This document shows, piece after piece, positions 19,398 through 28,131 of a stretch of DNA of 32,000 bases. Origin of the DNA: Wolbachia endosymbiont of Drosophila innubila (GTDB taxonomy: Bacteria; Pseudomonadota; Alphaproteobacteria; Rickettsiales; Anaplasmataceae); contig NZ_CP076228.1 in NCBI RefSeq assembly GCF_021378375.1, positions 870,001 to 902,000 of the forward strand. The letters run 5' to 3'. Made by a program: the position numbers and the translations under genes. Position 1 is the stretch's first letter; every line of letters starts with the position of its first letter. The notes below the pieces were generated by a model. It was not told the origin of the DNA. It made no database searches and saw only the letters and a program-made list of their open reading frames with translations.

Positions 19398-19550
19398 TTA
19401 ACATAATTTATGGTCAAGCCTACAGTGCTGCCACTCCCATAAAGTAGTTCGTCCAATCTTAAATCTTGCTGCCACTGCTTCTCTGCTTTCTTCTTCGTCT
19501 AGCGCCTCCATTGCTTTTTTTCTTAAATCATAACTATATGCTGCTGGCAT
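19398..19550 (-). pseudogene. IS630-like transposase N-terminal remnant
   Basis: Manual translation MPAAYSYDLRKKAMEALDEEESREAVAARFKIGRTTLWEWQHCRLDHKLC*; matches the N-terminal helix-turn-helix style of IS630-family transposases and then terminates. Confidence 0.65.
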
Positions 19551-19670
19551 TCAACCTCCTTATCATTATCTATCCTTATCACATCCGGACTTCTATGAAA
19601 AGAGCTATAAATCGTGAAAAAGAACTGCTCATTAAGTGCTGTTTGCTTAATAAATTTACTGACATTGGTA

Positions 19671-19770
19671 TGGCTAAATTCGAAATGGCTACATGAATTT
19701 ATCGTAAATTATTACCGTATAAGGTACGATGCGACAAAGCCATCCCAGTGTCAGCTACTCGGATGACACC
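19671..19770 (+). repeat. Dispersed 100-bp repeat, copy 2
   Basis: Ungapped alignment to 5151..5250, about 92% identity by eye. Confidence 0.9.
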
Positions 19771-19834
19771 GTCATAAAGGAACCAGTGTTAGCTACTTGG
19801 ATGACAACCATTGTGCTTGAGGCAAAATTGACTA

Positions 19835-20632
19835 TCACTTCTTTTTATAGAGCTTGCTCCAAACTTTGTTGTTAGTTAATACAAAAAACACTGTTAAAAT
19901 TATAAAATACGCCACTACTTTTAATCCAAGTTTATGCCGGCGCTCTAATTCTGGCTCTGCTGCCCATTGTAAAAAATTTATCACATCATACGCCATATTT
20001 TCAACTGTGGCTTGCCTTGCACCATCATATTCCACCATTCCTTCAGAAAGTGGTGGCGCCATAGCTAATCTGCCTGTTGGAAAATACGAATTAAAATATA
20101 AATCATTTTCATCGTGTTCGCCGTTTTGATAGCCTGTTAACAATGAATAGACATAATTTGCACCATCATGCCTTGCTTTAATAATTAATGATAAGTCTGG
20201 TGGGACTGCACCATTGTTGCTTGCTGCAGCTGCTTCTTTTGTATCAAAAGGCGCAATAAAATAATCCGAAGGTACTCCAGGTCTGTCAAACATTTCACCC
20301 AAATCATTCGGACCATCTTTAACTTGATAAGAAGCTGCTATTTGTTTTACATCTTCTTCAGAAAAACCGACATCTTGCAAATTACGAAATGCTACCCTAT
20401 TCATTGAATGACAAGCAGCACAGACTTCTTTATACACTTTATAGCCACGCTGAATTGACTCTCTATCGAAAGATCCGACAATTCCATCAAATTTCCAGTC
20501 TATTTTCTTATTTGGTGATGATTTAAATTCTTCTGCAGATATAAGACTAGATAGAAATAACATGCAGAAGATTGCAAATACATTAGATCCCATGCATAAC
20601 CACTGTTTTAGTAAATTTCGAATTGATGTCAT
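19835..20632 (-). CDS. petC: Ubiquinol-cytochrome c reductase cytochrome c1; ORF remains open to a GTG/ATG at 20965/20962
   Basis: [27 protein letters not shown] (CxxCH haem site), [43 protein letters not shown]. Conservative start is ATG at 20632. Confidence 0.93.
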   Translation of the reverse strand: MTSIRNLLKQWLCMGSNVFAIFCMLFLSSLISAEEFKSSPNKKIDWKFDGIVGSFDRESIQRGYKVYKEVCAACHSMNRVAFRNLQDVGFSEEDVKQIAASYQVKDGPNDLGEMFDRPGVPSDYFIAPFDTKEAAAASNNGAVPPDLSLIIKARHDGANYVYSLLTGYQNGEHDENDLYFNSYFPTGRLAMAPPLSEGMVEYDGARQATVENMAYDVINFLQWAAEPELERRHKLGLKVVAYFIILTVFFVLTNNKVWSKLYKKK

Positions 20633-20768
20633 GCAAGTAGCTGACACTGGAATCCAGCTTATTTCATCACTGACATTATGGTTATCATGCACTCCTAGAA
20701 TCTGTTGTCCATTGCATGATTTGTAAGTATTTTTATACCTGGATCCCAGTGTCAAGCACTGGGATGAC
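20628..20768. repeat. Composite inverted-repeat element at the petC N-terminus
   Basis: Arms gtcatgcaagtagctgacactggaatccag (20628..20657) and ctggatcccagtgtcaagcactgggatgac (20739..20768). Confidence 0.82.
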
Positions 20769-20854
20769 AACGGAAGATAGTGGAATGACACTGTGTGTTG
20801 TATACAACGTTCATACAATTGTGTACATGATGCTGGAATCCATTTATTTTTTTT

Positions 20855-20886
20855 CTGGATCCCAGTGTCAAGCACTGGGATGACAA
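20855..20886. repeat. Additional copy of the ctggatcccagtgtcaagcactgggatgacaa arm
   Basis: Identical 32-mer to 20739..20770; followed by short tandem units agggctctgggatgacag / agagctctgggatgaaag to about 20930. Confidence 0.85.
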
Positions 20887-20961
20887 AAGAGGGCTCTGGG
20901 ATGACAGAAGAGAGCTCTGGGATGAAAGAGAATTTTGTAAGAGATCTGCTTTGAATTGACA

Positions 20962-22191
20962 TCACCTCATCTCCGGCACAGAATCACTTAAGGTTTTTGG
21001 TGGTTCTTTTGGCTTTTCATACTTACTAAGCAGTGGTAAAACTATCACAAAGTATGCAAAGTAATAAAGAGTAGATAGCCTACTCATAGTGATGTAAGGC
21101 TCTTTTACCTCTTGTCCTCCAAGCCAGGCAAGAAGTACAAAATTTATTGCAAAAACCCAAAAAAATTTCTTAAACACCGGGCGATAAGCACCACTTTTAA
21201 CTTTTGATTTATCAAGCCAAGGTAACAAAAACCACACTAAAATAGACGCAAACATGGTAAGCACACCAGTAAGTTTATCTGGAATTGAACGTAGCATTGC
21301 ATAAAAAGGTAAAAAATACCACTCTGGCACTATATGTACCGGAGTGACCATAGAATCAGCTTCTATATAATTGTCTGGATGCCCAAGATAATTGGGAGCA
21401 TAGAAAACAAATGCGAACAAAACTACAAAAAACAGACCAAAAGTTATGCAATCCTTGACTATATAATAAGGATAGAGAGGGATGGTATCCTTATCTGATT
21501 TTACCTCCACTCCACTTGGGTTACCAGAGCCAAACCTATGCAGAGCTATCACATGAAGCATAGCTAAAGCAATAATAACAAAAGGCAGAAGATAATGCAG
21601 AGCGAAAAAACGGTTAAGTGTTGGGTTATCCACTGAAAAACCACCCCATAACCATATAACTATTTTATTGCCAATTAAAGGTATAGCAGAAAATAAGTTG
21701 GTTATAACTGTTGCACCCCAGAAACTCATTTGTCCCCAAGGCAATACATATCCCATAAAGGCAGTTGCCATCATTGCAAAAAATATAAATATTCCAATAA
21801 ACCACACCATCTCTCTCGGTCTTTTATAAGATCCGTAATATAATCCACGCATTATATGAACATAGACTACCATAAAGAAAAGCGATGCTCCAACAGCGTG
21901 AGTGTAGCGTATTAACCACCCGTAATTCACATCTCGCATTATGCGCTCTACACTATTAAACGCATAATCAACATGCGGAGTGTAGTGCATAGCAAGAAAT
22001 ATACCTGTTATTATTTGTAAAATCAGCGCTATACCAGCCAAAGAGCCAAAGTTCCAAGCATAATTTAAGTTTTTTGGCACTTGGTAAGAAGCAGTGTGTC
22101 TTAGAAAAGAAAATATAGGCAATCTATATTCTATCCATCCTAATATGCCTTTTTCTTCTTTTATTGTTTCTTTTTTGTTATCTTCCTGCAT
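20962..22191 (-). CDS. petB: Ubiquinol-cytochrome c reductase cytochrome b
   Basis: 409 aa; [71 protein letters not shown]. Confidence 0.98.
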   Translation of the reverse strand: MQEDNKKETIKEEKGILGWIEYRLPIFSFLRHTASYQVPKNLNYAWNFGSLAGIALILQIITGIFLAMHYTPHVDYAFNSVERIMRDVNYGWLIRYTHAVGASLFFMVVYVHIMRGLYYGSYKRPREMVWFIGIFIFFAMMATAFMGYVLPWGQMSFWGATVITNLFSAIPLIGNKIVIWLWGGFSVDNPTLNRFFALHYLLPFVIIALAMLHVIALHRFGSGNPSGVEVKSDKDTIPLYPYYIVKDCITFGLFFVVLFAFVFYAPNYLGHPDNYIEADSMVTPVHIVPEWYFLPFYAMLRSIPDKLTGVLTMFASILVWFLLPWLDKSKVKSGAYRPVFKKFFWVFAINFVLLAWLGGQEVKEPYITMSRLSTLYYFAYFVIVLPLLSKYEKPKEPPKTLSDSVPEMR

Positions 22192-22295
22192 AACTTAAAC
22201 CTTTCTGAACACATGTCCATTGCTACTTTTATCTTATTTTTTTATTGTAGCAACTTATCCTTTACGCACAAATAAAAACTTTAAAGCAATATTAA

Positions 22296-22466
22296 TTACC
22301 TCTTCAGCAACCTGTCACGTGCTGCGTTTAATTTTTGTGCAAAATATTCCGAGCCTCCTTTATCTGGGTGAACTAATTTCATTAAATTTTGATATGCTTT
22401 ATTGATTTCATTTTGGTTCGCTCCAGAATCTATTCCTAGCACTTTAAATGCTCCATCTCTGAACAT
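22296..22466 (-). pseudogene. J-domain fragment, second copy of the J domain in 24084..24443
   Basis: Manual translation MFRDGAFKVLGIDSGANQNEINKAYQNLMKLVHPDKGGSEYFAQKLNAARDRLLKR*; no upstream transmembrane segment; an in-frame TAG lies just upstream. Confidence 0.75.
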
Positions 22467-22534
22467 GTTACTACTACCAGACTAGTATGATTTTGTCTTG
22501 TAAATTTATTCAACAACCCTATTCTAACTATATA

Positions 22535-24064
22535 ATGAAAAATTATCTACAAAGTGTTTATGAAGATGGTATGAAAATCCAACTATCTAAAGTCAACAAA
22601 TATTTATTAGTTTTACTGATTACTGTCTCAGCATTTCTCATATCTGGGCAAGTATCCAGTTCAAGCAATATCGAGAATGATTTTCAAGATTTACAAGAAA
22701 AATTACCATTATTGAAAGATCAGGATTTGTTATTTTTAGATCCAGCTTCAGCTTTAAATTATGGTGATAGGGCAGGTAAAAAAGTGTTAATGGTTATAGT
22801 TCACCATACTGAAACATCAACACTAAAAGGTACAAAAGATACGCTGAATGCTAGAGGATTGTCAGTTCATTTTATTGTCGATAGGGATGGCAGCATCACC
22901 TTAATGGTTCCATTAGAGAAAGAAGCATGGCATGCTGGTATTAGTTATGCAAGAGTTAAGGTAGATAGTAAGCTTGAAGAGTTACGGAAGCTTAACAACT
23001 ATTCTGTAGGTATTGAAATTGTAAACACAGGACTTGAGCCTTTTCCGGAAGAGCAAATGAGATCTGTTAAAGAGCTGATTTTATACCTTATGGAGCGTTT
23101 TAAAATTAAAAGGGATATGATATTTAGTCATTCTGAAATAGGAACTATAGTGTATGATCCAGAGCTTGGCTATACAATGCGTAAACCAGATCCACACAAA
23201 TTGTTTGATTGGGAGTTATTAGAGAAAAATGAAATTGGATTGCACATAAGTGACAGAATAAACCCTAAAGATGCTAAACACAAAATGGGCAAAACATTGT
23301 ATAAAGCAGGTGATAGAAATGAAGGTATTTTGAAATTAAAACAAAGGCTGAACAGATTTTTCTATAAGATAGAACCTTGGAATGATAAGAAAGGTAATGT
23401 AATTTTTCCTGATAATAATGCTGATTACTCAGATGAGTTTGATGAGAATTTTGTATGGGTTATTTATCAGTTTTCAATACATAATTTACCAAGAGAAATT
23501 AGAAAAGATCTACCTCTTAAACTAGAACAAGCAGATATATTTCCTGAATTCTTTAGTGAATATAGTCATGGCATTTCTTCTAGTTATCTAACCTTTAGTG
23601 AAAAAATTAAATCGACTCTACAACCATGTTTAAGCAAAGTAGATTATGAGAATTTATTATCTTCTCTTGCACAATATGAGAATAACATTTCTCCTGATGC
23701 ATCTACCACTTTAATGTACAAAATTAAGTTATACTATGATTCTTATTTAAGATATCGCATATGGTCTTCACTCTATAAACCATTTAAGCTTAATGTATTG
23801 GAAGAGTTAGAGATTTTAAAGAGTGGAGTGTTATCTTTAAAATCACTAGATAGCTCTAAAGCTGCAGAAGTTTCCAGTTTAATTGATAGCTTTAAAGTAG
23901 ATATTTCTTTAGAATTTCAGGGTTTTGAAAAACAGTGGTTTCAGGAGTTTAAGAATGCTTGGAGACAAGAATTTATACCTTCCCTGGAAGAACAGATAAC
24001 ATGGACTGCACTACATGAAGCAATATTGGAGTATTTAGAAAAAGCAAAGGAAGAAATTCGTTAA
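22535..24064 (+). CDS. N-acetylmuramoyl-L-alanine amidase (AmpD/AmiD-like, amidase_2 fold) with long C-terminal region
   Basis: VLMVIVHHTETSTLKGTKDTLNARGLSVHFIVDRDGSITLMVPLEKEAWHAGIS...SVGIEIVNTG...IFSHSEIG...RKPDPHKLFDW; N-terminal hydrophobic segment; ATG 22535 preferred over 22487. Confidence 0.88.
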   Translation: MKNYLQSVYEDGMKIQLSKVNKYLLVLLITVSAFLISGQVSSSSNIENDFQDLQEKLPLLKDQDLLFLDPASALNYGDRAGKKVLMVIVHHTETSTLKGTKDTLNARGLSVHFIVDRDGSITLMVPLEKEAWHAGISYARVKVDSKLEELRKLNNYSVGIEIVNTGLEPFPEEQMRSVKELILYLMERFKIKRDMIFSHSEIGTIVYDPELGYTMRKPDPHKLFDWELLEKNEIGLHISDRINPKDAKHKMGKTLYKAGDRNEGILKLKQRLNRFFYKIEPWNDKKGNVIFPDNNADYSDEFDENFVWVIYQFSIHNLPREIRKDLPLKLEQADIFPEFFSEYSHGISSSYLTFSEKIKSTLQPCLSKVDYENLLSSLAQYENNISPDASTTLMYKIKLYYDSYLRYRIWSSLYKPFKLNVLEELEILKSGVLSLKSLDSSKAAEVSSLIDSFKVDISLEFQGFEKQWFQEFKNAWRQEFIPSLEEQITWTALHEAILEYLEKAKEEIR

Positions 24065-24083
24065 ACGAAAACTTTTTTTAAGA

Positions 24084-24443
24084 TCACTTTTTTAACAATT
24101 TATCACGTGCCGCATTTAGCTTTTGCGCAAAATATTCCGAGCCTCCCTTATCTGGGTGAACTAATTTCATTAAATTTTGATATGCTTTATTGATTTCATT
24201 TTGACTTGCCTCAGGATTCAGCCCCAGTATCTTTAATGCTTCATCCTTGGACATGTTATCACCAGTGTAATTTTCAGTATAACTTCTACTGCTACTAAAT
24301 TCGTTCAAAAACTTACTCAATATAGAGTTCATCATGAAACTCATATTATTTTTTTTTGTCAGGAAAAGAAAAAATATAACAACGCTAGGCAAGACAAATG
24401 TAATTACTATGAATACTAAAAAAAGAAAAAAGATGAATGACAT
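24084..24443 (-). CDS. Membrane-anchored J-domain protein (TIM14/Pam18-like)
   Basis: 119 aa; N-terminal TM segment then SKDEALKILGLNPEASQNEINKAYQNLMKLVHPDKGGSEYFAQKLNAARDKLLKK. Confidence 0.85.
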   Translation of the reverse strand: MSFIFFLFLVFIVITFVLPSVVIFFLFLTKKNNMSFMMNSILSKFLNEFSSSRSYTENYTGDNMSKDEALKILGLNPEASQNEINKAYQNLMKLVHPDKGGSEYFAQKLNAARDKLLKK

Positions 24444-24504
24444 GTATATTTTTTTATCATTTTATGATTAAATAGTAACAATTATAATTGTCATGGTAAA
24501 TAAC

Positions 24505-25068
24505 ATGTTCATCCAGATTGAAGAAACACCAAACCCAAATACGCTAAAATTCCTTCCTGGATTTGAAATTTTAAACGAAGGAGAAACTGCTGATTTTTCA
24601 AATGCGAATGAGATAAAAAATTCTAAACTAGCAGCAAATCTTTTTCAAATAGAGCATGTGGTAAGAGTATTTTTCGGTCATGATTTTATTTCAGTAACAA
24701 AATTGGATGGAATTAATTGGGATATATTAAAAGTAGAAGTTTTAACTACAATCATGAATCACTTTACTTCTGGTGGAAAAGCACTAGATAAAGAAGAAGT
24801 GAATGATCCAGATGAAGAATTTTTTGATAAAAATGATATAGAAATTGTAAATAGAATAAAAGAATTGATGGAAAGTCATATCAAACCTGCAGTTGCTCAA
24901 GATGGTGGCGATATCAAATTTCGTGGCTATAAAGATGGAATAGTTTATGTTGAGTTGCAAGGAGCTTGCTCTGGATGCCCAAGTGCTGCAATTACTTTAA
25001 AGCAAGGAGTGCAAAATATGCTGAGCTACCACATACCAGAGATTGCAGGTATAGAGACCACACTATGA
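24505..25068 (+). CDS. NifU family iron-sulfur scaffold protein
   Basis: [26 protein letters not shown] (Nfu N-domain) and [44 protein letters not shown] (CxxC). Confidence 0.93.
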   Translation: MFIQIEETPNPNTLKFLPGFEILNEGETADFSNANEIKNSKLAANLFQIEHVVRVFFGHDFISVTKLDGINWDILKVEVLTTIMNHFTSGGKALDKEEVNDPDEEFFDKNDIEIVNRIKELMESHIKPAVAQDGGDIKFRGYKDGIVYVELQGACSGCPSAAITLKQGVQNMLSYHIPEIAGIETTL

Positions 25069-26291
25069 CTAATCAAACGGTTAGAGGAACAAAAGATCTC
25101 CTGTTTGATGAATGGTACAAGTTTAAATACATAGAGCAAACAGCAAACAGAATCTCAAGTTTATACGGCTTTTTGCCCGCCCAAACTCCAATATTTGAGT
25201 GCACGGAGGTTTTTACAAAAACCTTAGGTGATAGCTCAGACATCATCACTAAAGAGATGTATAGCTTCAATGATAAAGGGGGAAAGAGCATAACTTTACG
25301 TCCTGAGTTCACTGCAGCGATTGTCAGGCTACTCATTGAAAAAAAACTGCAAACACCGATAAAATTATTCTCAACAGGACCTGCATTTCGCTATGAAAGA
25401 CCGCAAAAGGGAAGACAAAGGCAATTTCATCAGATAAATTTTGAGGTTTTTGGCATAGAAGATCCAAAAGCTGATATTGAATTGATATCACTCGCTCAGC
25501 ACTTACTAACTGAATTTGGCATCAATAAAAATGTAAAGCTGGAAATCAACTCTTTAGGTGATGGTGAAACAATAACTAAATATAGAGAAGCTTTGATCTT
25601 ATACTTTACAAAGTATCAAAATGATCTATCAGAAGATAGCAAAAATAGGTTGATCAAAAATCCACTCAGAATACTGGATTCCAAGGATGAGAAAGATAAA
25701 TCAATAATTTCTGATGCGCCTAAAATCAGCAATTATTATACGAAAGAGTCCTCAGATTTCTTTGAACAAATACTAAATGGATTAACAATTCTTGATATAC
25801 CTTATACCGTAAACAATAAACTAGTTCGAGGTTTGGATTATTATTGCCACACAGTGTTTGAGTTTGTTACAGAGGATTTAGGTGCACAAGGGGCAGTTTT
25901 TGCCGGTGGAAGATACGATAATTTAGTATCTTCAGTAGGTGGAAAACACACTCCAGCAATAGGATTTGCAGGGGGTATTGAGCGCATAATGGAGTTAATC
26001 AATTATTCTCCGAAAGAAGAGCGACCTATTTACCTAATTCCAATCGGTAGAGAGGCTGAAAAACATGCTTTAACACTTGCAAATGAATTGCGCAGAAATG
26101 GTTTATATGTAATCTATGAATATAGCGGAACGCTCAGAACCCGAATGAAAAAAGCAAATCAAGCAAATGCTAAAGCTGCTTTAATCTTTGGCGATGAAGA
26201 ATTGAGTAGTAAAACTTTAAAGATTAAAAACATGGATACAGGTGAAGAAAAAATAATTGCTCGCGATAACACAATAGAAAATATCTATTAG
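25065..26291 (+). CDS. hisS: Histidine--tRNA ligase
   Basis: [88 protein letters not shown]; 4-nt overlap with the NifU-like gene. Confidence 0.97.
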   Translation: MTNQTVRGTKDLLFDEWYKFKYIEQTANRISSLYGFLPAQTPIFECTEVFTKTLGDSSDIITKEMYSFNDKGGKSITLRPEFTAAIVRLLIEKKLQTPIKLFSTGPAFRYERPQKGRQRQFHQINFEVFGIEDPKADIELISLAQHLLTEFGINKNVKLEINSLGDGETITKYREALILYFTKYQNDLSEDSKNRLIKNPLRILDSKDEKDKSIISDAPKISNYYTKESSDFFEQILNGLTILDIPYTVNNKLVRGLDYYCHTVFEFVTEDLGAQGAVFAGGRYDNLVSSVGGKHTPAIGFAGGIERIMELINYSPKEERPIYLIPIGREAEKHALTLANELRRNGLYVIYEYSGTLRTRMKKANQANAKAALIFGDEELSSKTLKIKNMDTGEEKIIARDNTIENIY

Positions 26292-26311
26292 GAGCAATGC
26301 AAATGTTTTTC

Positions 26312-27064
26312 TCAGTCAGCTATAGAAGAAAATTCGTCTGCACAAGAATTTTTCATAGTATTCAAAGTATCATAATCTGTAAAATCTAATTTTACCGGTG
26401 TAATAGTAATAAATCCTTCTTTTATTTTATTTATACTACCACTGCCTGAGTGCTCTCGAGACCAATTTAAGCTAAAAGAGCCATTCGAATTTTCAGTAAA
26501 AGTTAAATCCCCATCAATGTTATATTCACCTTGTTCAGCAAATTCTACTCCTTTTACTTTTTCCGTAGCAGGAAAATTTACACTCATCACTATGTTTTTA
26601 GGCCAACCAACCTTAACTAGCTTGGCAATAACCTTTGGTGCAAAAACCTTTGTATTGTGCCAGTCTATTTTATCATGATAAACTTGGCTCAGCGCAATAG
26701 AAGGTATAGACCTTGCAGCACCTTCCATTACAGCACCAATTGTTCCTGAATAACAAATATCGTCCCCGACATTTGATCCAATATTTACTCCGGACAATAT
26801 TAAGTCTGGTTTTTTATTCATAACTTTATTTAGCGCAATAATGACACAATCTGCAGGAGTACCAGACACACTAAATTCCCTTTCACTATGTTGTTTTATT
26901 CCAATAGATTGTTTCACTGGATAATCAAGAGATCTTGCAGCTCCGCTTCTATCAGTATCTGGTGCCACTATCCATATTTCTGACGCAAAATTCCGTGCAA
27001 CCTCTTTGAGTAATTTTATTCCTTCACCTCCAAAGCCATCATCGTTTGTTATCAATATTATCAT
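26312..27064 (-). CDS. surE: 5'/3'-nucleotidase SurE
   Basis: MIILITNDDGFGGEGIKLLKEVA, VAPDTDRSGAARSLD, VSGTPADCVIIAL, VLSGVNIGSNVGDDICYSGTIGAVMEG. Confidence 0.96.
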   Translation of the reverse strand: MIILITNDDGFGGEGIKLLKEVARNFASEIWIVAPDTDRSGAARSLDYPVKQSIGIKQHSEREFSVSGTPADCVIIALNKVMNKKPDLILSGVNIGSNVGDDICYSGTIGAVMEGAARSIPSIALSQVYHDKIDWHNTKVFAPKVIAKLVKVGWPKNIVMSVNFPATEKVKGVEFAEQGEYNIDGDLTFTENSNGSFSLNWSREHSGSGSINKIKEGFITITPVKLDFTDYDTLNTMKNSCADEFSSIAD

Positions 27065-27540
27065 ATACAATACTCAGCTATACAGCTCCAAATTATGTAA
27101 ACCACTGGCTGTAAATAAACTCATGAGGCTTTAAGTTTCTTTGCATAACTGTGGACTGTAACAAAGAACCTGCTGTAAATCAATAGATTTCTTGCACAGG
27201 CCATAACTGTCATTACAATAGAAACGAAAAAACTTACTTGACAAACTCCGCCAGCCCCCTTATCATGAAACTGAAGCTATTTATTTATCTTCTCTGTACA
27301 GATTAAATGACAAAAAAACTCACGTATCTGGCGTCTCATGTTTAATTTTTTGCACTATGTGCACCTTATGTCTTTATCAAACTTCTACCTACATAAGCTG
27401 AAACGCGCTTATAAAGCGTTTAAAACATAAAAAAAACGCCAACTTAAAAAATGGATAGTGAATAACTAGCTACCCTAGGGTTTCTTTTGCCTTTTTTTCT
27501 GTTTAGTAAATTTCTTAAATATTTATAGCTAAACGACAAC

Positions 27541-27600
27541 CGTCATCCCGCTGCTTGTTAGCGGGATCTAGAGATACCGCGAATGAATCGCGGTATGACG
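27541..27600. repeat. Second palindromic family, full copy
   Basis: cgtcatcccgctgcttgttagcgggatctagagataccgcgaatgaatcgcggtatgacg with internal 9-bp hairpin ataccgcga/tcgcggtat. Confidence 0.9.
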
Positions 27601-27645
27601 TAGGACTGCTGTTATTCCAGTCTGGAATCCAAAAAAAAGGATGAT

Positions 27646-27798
27646 GTCATCCCAGTGCCCTGACTACTTGGATCCAGTTTTCTTTACAAATTCACAAAAA
27701 GTGCTTCATTCTATAACGCAAAACCCATACTCACCAAACCCAATGCATTACTTGCAATTAAGTTTCCTGGATCCAAGTAGTCAGGGCACTAGGATGAC
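27646..27798. repeat. Composite inverted-repeat element, 32-bp arms
   Basis: Arms gtcatcccagtgccctgactacttggatccag (27646..27677) and ctggatccaagtagtcagggcactaggatgac (27767..27798), 1 mismatch, 89-bp core. Confidence 0.92.
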
Positions 27799-27838
27799 AA
27801 GAGAAAGAGGCTACTGGGATGACAGCTACCCTGACAAT

Positions 27839-27890
27839 CGTCATCCCACTACGTGTTAGCGGGATCTAGAGATACCACGGCGGTATGACG
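27839..27890. repeat. Second palindromic family, variant copy
   Basis: cgtcatcccactacgtgttagcgggatctagagataccacggcggtatgacg. Confidence 0.88.
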
Positions 27891-27911
27891 GTTCGCAGCG
27901 GTATAGTAACT

Positions 27912-27983
27912 CGTCATCCCGCTGCTTGTTAGCGGGATCTCTTGTTAGCGGATGAGATACCGCGAATGAATCGCGGTATGACG
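27912..27983. repeat. Second palindromic family, copy with internal partial duplication
   Basis: cgtcatcccgctgcttgttagcgggatctcttgttagcggatgagataccgcgaatgaatcgcggtatgacg. Confidence 0.88.
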
Positions 27984-28131
27984 TGTTGCTTGGATCAGCT
28001 ATAGTATTTCTTAAAATTAATAATAAATTTCTTGGCTAGCAAGAAGCTGTAAATTTTTTTGCGAGACCTAAGCCGCTTTTGATATAGCTAAAGGTTTACT
28101 GATGATTTGTCTCATTCCACTACCTGCTGAC

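Noticed and set aside
27100-27300. Candidate tmRNA or 6S RNA on the minus strand
   Set aside because: No recognisable tag reading frame, tRNA-like ends or conserved 6S bubble could be established by eye; left only as an unexplained region.
27641-27859. Plus-strand ORF 72 aa in the repeat cluster
   Set aside because: Consists of translated repeat arms (SSQCPDYLDPVF, LDPSSQGTRMTRE); treated as repeat, not gene.
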